This document shows, in pieces, positions 56,648 through 64,000 of a DNA stretch of 64,000 nucleotides. A program made the translations under genes and the position numbers. The notes below the pieces were generated by a model, which saw nothing but the letters and a program-made list of their open reading frames with translations, was not told the origin of the DNA and did not search any database. Within the stretch, counting starts at the first letter, position 1. Every line of letters starts with the position of its first letter. Origin of the DNA: Actinomycetota bacterium (GTDB taxonomy: Bacteria; Actinomycetota; Acidimicrobiia; Actinomarinales; Actinomarinaceae). The stretch is taken from assembly GCA_014239265.1 (NCBI GenBank), contig JAAZZH010000001.1, forward strand, positions 16,382 to 80,381. Reading direction: 5' to 3'.

Positions 56648-57484
56648 ATGGAAAAAATACTTTTAGGCAAACCTGTAGCTGAATTATTGGATAAGAAAAG
56701 TAAAACTGTCTTCAGTGACTACATAGCCAAATATAATAAACAACCATTGCTAACAGCTATAACTGTAGGAGACAACCCTGCTTCTCTCCTCTATGTTTCG
56801 AGAAAACAAGATAAAGCAATAGAACTTGGAGTAAGCTTTAACTGGCTTAAGCTTTCAGAAAATTCAACTTCGAATGAAGTTAAAGAAGCAATCGAGGATT
56901 CTAAAACAAAATCACAGGGAATTATTGTGCAACTTCCCCTTCCAGAGCATCTTGATTTTGAGGATATTGTAAACCTAATACCTTATGAAATTGATATTGA
57001 CGGTCTAACTACTCACAATCTAGGGTATTTGTTTTCAGAAAATTATAAAATCATACCAGCTACCTCTCTTGCAGTAGTAGAGCTTTTAAAATATTATGAT
57101 ATTCAAACAGAAGATAAAAATATAGTAATTGCAGGGAGATCAAGATTAGTATCATCACCATTATCCAAACTCCTAAGTAACAAAGAATTTAACGGAAACG
57201 TTACAGTAGTTCATAGTAAAACTTCAGATCTAAAATCATACATGAAAAATGCAGATATTGTTATATCAGCAATTGGAAAAAGCTGGATGATTACAGCTGA
57301 TTATCTCAAACCAGATTCAGTTGTCATCGATATTGGAATTTCTAATGTTGATGACAAAAATTATGGCGACGTCAACCCTGAGGGTTTAAATAATCACTTA
57401 ATTGCTAGATCACCTTTTCCAGGTGGAGTGGGGCCGATTACTGTAGCAGCCCTTTATGCAAACCTAGCTAAACTTATTAAATAG
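56648..57484 (+). CDS. folD: Methylenetetrahydrofolate dehydrogenase/cyclohydrolase
   Basis: GDNPAS..YV..K, IIVQLPLP, DIDG, GRS, VIDIGI, PGGVGPIT. Confidence 0.92.
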   Translation: MEKILLGKPVAELLDKKSKTVFSDYIAKYNKQPLLTAITVGDNPASLLYVSRKQDKAIELGVSFNWLKLSENSTSNEVKEAIEDSKTKSQGIIVQLPLPEHLDFEDIVNLIPYEIDIDGLTTHNLGYLFSENYKIIPATSLAVVELLKYYDIQTEDKNIVIAGRSRLVSSPLSKLLSNKEFNGNVTVVHSKTSDLKSYMKNADIVISAIGKSWMITADYLKPDSVVIDIGISNVDDKNYGDVNPEGLNNHLIARSPFPGGVGPITVAALYANLAKLIK

Positions 57485-58784
57485 AAGCCCACTCTTCTTC
57501 AGATATAGTTTTATCCATATCTACTTTTCTAAGAATTAAGAATCCTATTACAAAGAATGAAGTAATTACTGGTAATGAGAGTCTTGGATTTCCAGTAGAA
57601 GCACTTACGTAGCTATAAATTAATGGTCCCCAGATAGCCGAAAACCTTGACAGGACAGAAAAGAATCCCATAAATTCTCCTTCTGCACCCTTTGGAAGCA
57701 TAGAAGCATATACACTCCTACTAACTGACTGTAAGCCACCCATTCCCATTGCAGTAAATACACCTAATCCAATAACTGGTAGAAATTGTTTTTCAGGTAT
57801 GAATGCTGCAGCATTACCGACTAGAAATATTAAGAACATTGTGTAATACAATGTGTTTTTTTGGCCGATGCGTTTTACCATTACTCCAGCTAGTTTTGCT
57901 CCAAAATATGCAACAAATTGTACAACTATAAACACAATGATTATCTGTGTTTGATCTAGAAGCAATACCTCAGTAAAATATGCAGCAGACATATTAATTA
58001 CTGTTTGTAATCCATCCCAGTAGAAAAGGTATGCTATTAGAAAATACATTAGGAATGGAAATTTTCTAATTTTCTTTAGAGTTTTAAAGTTTTTGCTATA
58101 TGCATTAGCAAATATGCTACCTTCAATTGAAACAGGTTGACTTTCTGTTATTTTCATTCTTGAAAAACTCATTATTGAAAAAATTAACCACCATAGACCT
58201 GCTGAGGAAATCGCAATCCTTGATGCCATAGCTGTTTCGATCCCGAGCATGTCTGGTCCAAGCTGTATCAGTGCTAGCGAGATGACTAGCTGTAGTCCAC
58301 CACCCAGATACCCAAGCGCATATCCTCGAGCAGAAACTGTATCAATTGTATCGTCAGTAGTAATATCTTTTAAAACGCTGTCATAAAATACATTTGATCC
58401 TGTTGCTCCAAATTGTGCAAGAAAATATATACCTAGTGTAAAAATCACGTCTCCTGACGTGGCAAAATAAAATGTGGATGCAAATACAGCACCACCATAT
58501 GCAAAAATCTTAAATAATTTCATTCTATTTCCCGATAGGTCACCAATGGCTCCGATAGTCGGCATAATTAAGAAGAATATAAACAATGCAGAACCTATTG
58601 CAAATCCCCATACTTCAGCTCCTGTGTAGAGGTTTCCTCTGAAGTTAAAACCCTCTGCTGGGACAACTACACTCACAAAATATACTGGCAAGATAGCTCC
58701 AAGTGTGGTCGTTTCGTATGCTGATTTTGCCCAATCATATAGACTCCACCCAAAAATTGTTTTTTTATTATTTTTTTCTGTCAT
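57477..58784 (-). CDS. MFS transporter, UMF1/ATG22-like family (second paralogue)
   Basis: GWSLYDWA.SAY, FYDS.L, SARGYALGYLGG, GEFMGFF; about 12 TM. Confidence 0.85.
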   Translation of the reverse strand: MTEKNNKKTIFGWSLYDWAKSAYETTTLGAILPVYFVSVVVPAEGFNFRGNLYTGAEVWGFAIGSALFIFFLIMPTIGAIGDLSGNRMKLFKIFAYGGAVFASTFYFATSGDVIFTLGIYFLAQFGATGSNVFYDSVLKDITTDDTIDTVSARGYALGYLGGGLQLVISLALIQLGPDMLGIETAMASRIAISSAGLWWLIFSIMSFSRMKITESQPVSIEGSIFANAYSKNFKTLKKIRKFPFLMYFLIAYLFYWDGLQTVINMSAAYFTEVLLLDQTQIIIVFIVVQFVAYFGAKLAGVMVKRIGQKNTLYYTMFLIFLVGNAAAFIPEKQFLPVIGLGVFTAMGMGGLQSVSRSVYASMLPKGAEGEFMGFFSVLSRFSAIWGPLIYSYVSASTGNPRLSLPVITSFFVIGFLILRKVDMDKTISEEEWASI

Positions 58785-58906
58785 TTTTCTCCTATTAAAA
58801 AAACTCTAATATTAAAAATTCAAAGTTGTCGGAAAGAATAATAAAATTAATTAATTAATCGACTATATTCTATTTATGTCTCTAATCAAATTTAAGGATA
58901 AAAATC

Positions 58907-59998
58907 ATGGGATTTAAGTGTGGAATAGTTGGAATGCCAAATGTAGGTAAATCTACATTATTTAATGCTCTTACACAAGCAGGTATTGAGTCTGCTAATT
59001 ATCCCTTTTGTACAATAGAACCTAATGTTGGAATTGTTCCTATTAATGATTCAAGACTTAATGATTTAGCTCAGATAGTTAATCCAAAAAAAGTTATACC
59101 AACAACAATGGAATTTGTAGATATTGCCGGCCTTGTTGAGGGTGCTTCCCAGGGAGAAGGTCTAGGTAATCAATTTTTAACAAATATTCGTGAAACGGAT
59201 GCAATAGTACATGTAGTTCGAGCTTTTGAAAATGAGGATGTAGTACACGTGTCGGGAAAGGTTTCTCCAGCTGATGACATTGAAATTATCAATACAGAAT
59301 TAGTTTTGGCTGACTTGGCCACCGTTGAGAAACTTTATGAAAAAGCAATTAAGAATACTAAATCAGGAAAAAAAGAAGGGATCCCATTAAAAGAATTATT
59401 GGAAAAAGTTCTTCCTGTACTTGAAGAAGGTAACAGTGTTCGGACTTTAAGCTTTAATGATGAAGAAGCCAAGTTGTTAAAAGGATTTCAGCTGTTAACA
59501 ATAAAACCAGTTTTGTATGTAGCAAATGTAGGTGAGAATGGTTTTTCTGATAACCTCCATTTAGATGCAGTTATAAAATTTGCCAAATCAGAGAATTCTG
59601 AAGCGATTGCTATTTGTGCTGATATTGAAGCTGAAATATCTGAATTAGAAGATGAGGAAAAATATGCTTTTCTTAGTGAAATGGGACAGAACCAATCTGG
59701 ACTGGATAGGTTGATAGAAGCTGGATATAAGTTACTAGGTTTACAGACTTATTTTACAGCAGGTGAACAAGAAGTCAGAGCCTGGACTATAAATGTAGGA
59801 GATACAGCACCACAAGCTGCTGGCAAAATTCATGGTGATTTTGAAAAGGGTTTTATTAGAGCAGAAACGGTAGCTTTTAATGACTATGTTGAGAATAATG
59901 GTGAAAAAGGTTCCAAAGAGGCAGGAAAGCTTCGTTCAGAAGGTAAAGAATATACAGTTAATGATGGCGATGTTATGCATTTTTTATTCAATGTATAG
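58907..59998 (+). CDS. ychF: Redox-regulated ATPase YchF (Obg family)
   Basis: [29 protein letters not shown] domain, terminal FLFNV. Confidence 0.97.
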   Translation: MGFKCGIVGMPNVGKSTLFNALTQAGIESANYPFCTIEPNVGIVPINDSRLNDLAQIVNPKKVIPTTMEFVDIAGLVEGASQGEGLGNQFLTNIRETDAIVHVVRAFENEDVVHVSGKVSPADDIEIINTELVLADLATVEKLYEKAIKNTKSGKKEGIPLKELLEKVLPVLEEGNSVRTLSFNDEEAKLLKGFQLLTIKPVLYVANVGENGFSDNLHLDAVIKFAKSENSEAIAICADIEAEISELEDEEKYAFLSEMGQNQSGLDRLIEAGYKLLGLQTYFTAGEQEVRAWTINVGDTAPQAAGKIHGDFEKGFIRAETVAFNDYVENNGEKGSKEAGKLRSEGKEYTVNDGDVMHFLFNV

Positions 59999-60083
59999 AA
60001 TAATCTAAGAGTAATAAGACTAATAATTATGAACAAAATCATTAAAAAAAATTGTAAGTAATTCTTTATGAAAACAATTTTTG

Positions 60084-60092
60084 TGACATAAT
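60084..60092 (+). promoter_or_regulatory. Putative extended -10 (TGA-CATAAT) of the leaderless trkA-like gene
   Basis: TGn plus hexamer 7 nt before GTG 60100; a 9-bp inverted repeat (60047-60082) lies just upstream. Confidence 0.45.
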
Positions 60093-60099
60093 AAAGCAC

Positions 60100-61503
60100 G
60101 TGAAAGTAATAATTGTTGGGGCTCATGGCGAAGCTAAGGAGCTCATAAATCGAATAAGTACGGGTTGGAATGTTTCTGTGATTGATATGGACCAGGACAA
60201 ATTACGAAACTTTAACCCAAATAGACAAATAGAAAAATATCAAGGTGATGGCACGTCAACTTTGGTTCTAAAAAAAGCAGGTATAGAGACAGCGAGTGCA
60301 CTAATCACACTGACGCAAGACGATGAAGTAAATATAGAAATTCTAAAAATTGCTAAAAGCCATAAAATATCACGACTTTCGTCAGTAATTAATGATGAAT
60401 CGAACATAAAGTATTACGACGAATTAGAAGTTGAACTTGTTGACCCAAATATTTTATTGGCAAGAAGGTTTGAGCATATACTGGAACCAAGAAGAGTGGT
60501 GTCGCAAGCCTTTGCAGGCGGCAGGGCAGAAGCAATTGAATTAGAGGTAAATGCTGACAGTCCAGTGAGGGGTAAAAAACTAAAGGAAATTGGATCAGAT
60601 TATTTTATTGTTGGTGCACTTTTAAGAAAAGGTAAGGTTGTAATACCCCATGGAGACACTGAACTACAAACGCAAGATTTAGTAACTGTTGTTCTGCAAT
60701 CTGGTGCATTTGGAAATGTAATAAAATTGTTTTCTGGTTCTGAATCGAGATTTCCTCTTGAATTTGGTAAAAATACAGCAATTGTTATTAATTCCGAAGA
60801 AGAACTAAAGAATCTTACAGAGGCTGAATTCTATACTCGAAATACAAATGCAGAAGAACTGGTAATTCTTTCACAAGAAAGTATATTCACAGACTCTAAA
60901 GAAGAAGATGCAACAACATTTGAGGCTATTCTTAAGGATCTAAAATTTCGTACAGAAAATACACAAAAAAATTCTCTTAAAGAGATTGAGTCTAAACTTG
61001 ATGAATTATCTATTGGTACTCTAATTATTCCTGTAACTGAAGATGTAAAGGTTTCAACCATACGCTCATATATTAATTTCTCAAATAAAAATAAAATTCC
61101 AATACTATTTTCAAGAGGAACCTCACCAATAAATAACATTGGATTTTTATCAAGCAGTGATTTTTCTGAAAACAGTCCAACTACAATTTCATTTGATATT
61201 GCATCAACCTTAAAATCAAAAGTATTTGCAGTTGTTATTGATCAACCAAAATTCATCTCTCACGAGAATACCGAATCTAAAAAATCGATAATACAAAAAC
61301 TTCAGGATGCAGCACTCTCAAATGAGGTTCAACTAGAGATACTTTCTGAAGAAGGAAATGAAGCAAAAATATTTACATCTCTTACAGATAAGTTTGATTT
61401 ATCAATAATTGGCCACAATCTATCGACTACATGGCAATTAAAGAAAACTACAGAGTTTATTTCTCAGAATTCTTCTTCTTCTGTTTTGTATATTCCGATT
61501 TAG
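60100..61503 (+). CDS. TrkA-like RCK_N + RCK_C protein fused to USP-like domains
   Basis: VIIVG, IDMD, GDGT.L..AG, T.DDE.N; RCK_C SPVRGKKL...VIPHGDT.L; C-terminal IPILFSRG...DLSIIG...SVLYIP is USP-like. Confidence 0.8.
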   Translation: MKVIIVGAHGEAKELINRISTGWNVSVIDMDQDKLRNFNPNRQIEKYQGDGTSTLVLKKAGIETASALITLTQDDEVNIEILKIAKSHKISRLSSVINDESNIKYYDELEVELVDPNILLARRFEHILEPRRVVSQAFAGGRAEAIELEVNADSPVRGKKLKEIGSDYFIVGALLRKGKVVIPHGDTELQTQDLVTVVLQSGAFGNVIKLFSGSESRFPLEFGKNTAIVINSEEELKNLTEAEFYTRNTNAEELVILSQESIFTDSKEEDATTFEAILKDLKFRTENTQKNSLKEIESKLDELSIGTLIIPVTEDVKVSTIRSYINFSNKNKIPILFSRGTSPINNIGFLSSSDFSENSPTTISFDIASTLKSKVFAVVIDQPKFISHENTESKKSIIQKLQDAALSNEVQLEILSEEGNEAKIFTSLTDKFDLSIIGHNLSTTWQLKKTTEFISQNSSSSVLYIPI

Positions 61504-61511
61504 GAGTTTTT

Positions 61512-62666
61512 ATGGAAAGTTTTGATGCAATATCGTTGGTGGTAATATCTCTAGGAGCATTCCTACTACCTTTAGTTGGTTCTCGACTTAAAATTCCTTC
61601 AATTGTTCTTGAAATAGCCTTTGGTATTATCGTTGGTCCAGTACTTCATTTAGTAACCCCTTCAGAATTTATTTCTGGGCTTGCAGTGCTTGGTTTTCTA
61701 TTATTGATGTTTCTTTCTGGTTTTGAAATAGAGCTCGAAACCTTTCGAGAAAAAGGTTTAAAAACATTAGCTCTACCTATAATCGTATACCTTTCTACTG
61801 TTGCTATTTCTTTTGTGATTATAACTGAGTTAGAATATCCGCTATTTTTAGCATTAGTACTTTGTACAACTAGTGTAGATATAGTTATTTCTGTTTTAAG
61901 AAGTGACGATACCATTAAAACTAATTATGGACAGATGTTATTTATCATAGCTTTACTTGCGGATATATTGACACTTTTGGCTGCTACTGTCTATGCATCT
62001 GTCATTAAATCAAATGGCTTTTCTGTTTCAAATCTAAATATTATTCTTTATTTTGCAATTGTTATCTTTTTATTAAGAATTTTGAGAAGATTAGCTTGGT
62101 GGAACCCTCACCTATTTTCACGAATGTTTGATGGAAATGATCCTGAGGAACTTGGTATAAGAAGCTCGTTAGCACTTATGTTGGCATTAGTAGGTGTCGC
62201 AGTTTTATTCGATATTGAAGCTATCTTAGGAGCATTCCTAGCAGGTAGTTTATTTGCATTTGTTTTTCCAAACAGAGGAAGTTTGGAAAGCAGCTTAAAG
62301 GGTTTCTCTTATGGATTTTTAATCCCAATCTTTTTTATAAACATTGGTTTAAATTATGATATATCTTTGTTTTCAAATACTGAATTTTATATAGATGTGC
62401 TTTATTTATTCCTCATTGCTGTGGTTGTAAAACTTGTACCATCTTTGTTACTTATATTTTCAAAAATTTCTTTATCAAAAATATTTGCCGGAGGCTTTTT
62501 ACTATCAGCACGCTTTAGCTTGATAATCGCTATGGCTGAAATCGGAGTGGAGCTTGACTTATTAAGTAAAAATTTGGAACAACAGATAATTTTACTTGCT
62601 GTTTTAACTGCCACGGTTTCTCCATTGATGTTCAGAGTCTTTAATAAACATTCTGAGGCTAATTAA
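61512..62666 (+). CDS. Cation:proton antiporter (CPA2/KefB-like) without its own RCK domain
   Basis: IPSIVLEIAFGIIVGP, LGAFLAG, PIFFINIGL; start reassigned to ATG 61512 behind AGGAG. Confidence 0.85.
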   Translation: MESFDAISLVVISLGAFLLPLVGSRLKIPSIVLEIAFGIIVGPVLHLVTPSEFISGLAVLGFLLLMFLSGFEIELETFREKGLKTLALPIIVYLSTVAISFVIITELEYPLFLALVLCTTSVDIVISVLRSDDTIKTNYGQMLFIIALLADILTLLAATVYASVIKSNGFSVSNLNIILYFAIVIFLLRILRRLAWWNPHLFSRMFDGNDPEELGIRSSLALMLALVGVAVLFDIEAILGAFLAGSLFAFVFPNRGSLESSLKGFSYGFLIPIFFINIGLNYDISLFSNTEFYIDVLYLFLIAVVVKLVPSLLLIFSKISLSKIFAGGFLLSARFSLIIAMAEIGVELDLLSKNLEQQIILLAVLTATVSPLMFRVFNKHSEAN

Positions 62667-63566
62667 TTGAAATCAATGCTCTTTTTATATCTTAAGGGTG
62701 CCGCAATGGGTGCTGCTGATATTGTTCCTGGAGTATCGGGAGGAACAATAGCATTAATTACTGGAATCTATGAAGAACTCATATCTTCTATTAAAAATAT
62801 AAACTCAAAACTATTTAAAATTCTTCTAAAAAATGGCATAAAAGAATTTTGGAGTGCACTAAATGGAAATTTCTTACTTGTTCTACTAACTGGCATATTT
62901 ACTTCTGTAATTTTATTAGCTCAAGTTATTGTATTTCTTTTAGTCAATCATGAATTTAAACTTTGGGGATTCTTTTTTGGTTTGATAATTGCTTCAGCTT
63001 TTTTAATATTGAAAGATATTCAATCTCACAACATTAAATCCATATTGTTAATGCTTTTTGGAATATTAATTGCAGCAACTATATCCCTATCTAGCACTAC
63101 ATCTTTTCCAAACAGTGATATTTTTATTTTCATAACAGGCTCAATTGCAATAACAGCTATGATACTTCCTGGTATCAGCGGTTCTTTCATATTACTGTTG
63201 CTTTCTAAGTATGAATTTATCATCAATGCTATAAAAGATTTTGATATTAGAGTAATCTTAGTTTTTGGTTTAGGTTGTATTTGTGGGCTATTGATATTCA
63301 GTCGCTTTCTACATTTTTTATTCCAAAACTATAAAGATAATTTACTGTCTGTACTTTCTGGATTTCTTATAGGGTCCCTGATAAAAATATGGCCTTTTCG
63401 TATGGTAATTGAAACTAGAATCGATAGTGACGGAATTGAAGAAGCTATGATAACACAGCCTGTAATTCCAACTTCACAAGACATAGAAAGTATTTTAATG
63501 TTTTTACTTTTTTCAATATTTGGATATTTATTAATTACATTAATTCAAAAGAAAACTATATTCTAA
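62667..63566 (+). CDS. DUF368 family membrane protein
   Basis: GAADIVPGVSGGTIA, AMILPGISGS, G...GSL..IWP. Confidence 0.88.
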   Translation: MKSMLFLYLKGAAMGAADIVPGVSGGTIALITGIYEELISSIKNINSKLFKILLKNGIKEFWSALNGNFLLVLLTGIFTSVILLAQVIVFLLVNHEFKLWGFFFGLIIASAFLILKDIQSHNIKSILLMLFGILIAATISLSSTTSFPNSDIFIFITGSIAITAMILPGISGSFILLLLSKYEFIINAIKDFDIRVILVFGLGCICGLLIFSRFLHFLFQNYKDNLLSVLSGFLIGSLIKIWPFRMVIETRIDSDGIEEAMITQPVIPTSQDIESILMFLLFSIFGYLLITLIQKKTIF

Positions 63567-63585
63567 AATAATTCAAAATACTGGG

Positions 63586-63591
63586 TACAAT
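63586..63591 (+). promoter_or_regulatory. Putative -10 (TACAAT) of leaderless tatA
   Basis: Near-consensus hexamer preceded by GG, 6 nt before ATG 63598. Confidence 0.6.
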
Positions 63592-63597
63592 TAAAAT

Positions 63598-63735
63598 ATG
63601 AGATTAGGACTACCAGAATTATTAATTATATTAACAATTTTATTGTTGCTCTTTGGGGCCAAACGTTTACCAGGCCTTGCTAAATCATTAGGTAAATCAA
63701 CAAGAGAGTTTAAATCCGGTTTAGAAGAAGAGTAA
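63598..63735 (+). CDS. tatA: Twin-arginine translocase subunit TatA (45 aa; missed by ORF track)
   Basis: Translated by hand: MRLGLPELLIILTILLLLFGAKRLPGLAKSLGKSTREFKSGLEEE; has E, FG..RLP and LG...REFK signatures. Confidence 0.92.
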   Translation: MRLGLPELLIILTILLLLFGAKRLPGLAKSLGKSTREFKSGLEEE

Positions 63736-63738
63736 GCC

Positions 63739-64000
63739 TTGAAAAAGTTATTATTCATCTTTTTTATTTTTTTAATTTCTTGTACTCCCGCTGAAGTAAC
63801 AGAACTAACATCCGGCAAAGAAATCTATACATCGAGATGTTCAGCTTGCCACAAATCTGATTTATCCGGTGGTGTAGGGCCAAGCCTAAAATCTAACTCC
63901 AGTGCTGCCCAAATGCCAGATTCGTATTGGATACAAACCATAACTAAAGGGAAGGGTTCAATGCCAGCTCAGCGACTTACAGATAACGAAGTAACTCTTG
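63739..64000 (+). CDS. Monoheme class I cytochrome c lipoprotein (3' end outside window; missed by ORF track)
   Basis: TTG start, lipobox LISC, heme motif CSACH, GxVGPSL, axial Met in GKGSMP. Confidence 0.88.
   Translation, partial: MKKLLFIFFIFLISCTPAEVTELTSGKEIYTSRCSACHKSDLSGGVGPSLKSNSSAAQMPDSYWIQTITKGKGSMPAQRLTDNEVTL

Noticed and set aside
54176-58784. Two UMF1-type MFS paralogues as a recent duplication or mobile unit
   Set aside because: The proteins are clearly divergent, with no flanking repeats; ordinary ancient paralogues.
60047-60082. Inverted repeat AAAAATTGT-N18-ACAATTTTT before the trkA-like gene as an operator
   Set aside because: Almost entirely A/T in an AT-rich spacer, so chance cannot be excluded without comparative data.

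Overview
A densely packed, low-GC (roughly one third GC by eye) core-chromosome segment of a streamlined actinobacterium. The actinobacterial-type genes (mshB-like, regX3/senX3-like, cofC, sodN, gatCAB with non-discriminating gltX, Asp115-type murA) and the near-absence of intergenic DNA fit marine Acidimicrobiia such as Ca. Actinomarina best (inference, not a database result). Gene order: rho (partial)-rpmE-DUF1385-prfA-prmC-tsaC-glyA-atp operon-mshB-like-response regulator-histidine kinase-Na/Pi symporter-PhoU-like; korAB; Ni-SOD locus; metG; amt-gltB; deoC plus two ALDH genes; murA, nifU, iscS-mnmA-ligA; dapD-dapE-gatCAB; ilvE; gltX plus three tRNAs; cofC/pyk; two UMF1-type MFS transporters; folD; ychF; a TrkA-USP/CPA2 pair; and, missing from the ORF track, a 45-aa tatA and a partial cytochrome c lipoprotein. 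I saw no rRNA, CRISPR array, integrase or transposase. Best leads: (1) a minimal phosphate-sensing module with a sensor-less kinase, 11-bp-phased Pho-box-like repeats, an SLC34/NptA-type symporter and a stand-alone PhoU-like protein; (2) a nitrogen module with a phased GlnR-type box, amt without glnK, a 59-nt hairpin, and gltB without gltD; (3) a Cys/His-rich microprotein at the Ni-SOD locus; (4) a two-gene split ALDH16-like pair behind deoC; (5) an RCK-USP fusion paired with a CPA2 antiporter; (6) a gammaproteobacterial-looking ychF. All family calls come from motif recognition by eye, not from searches.
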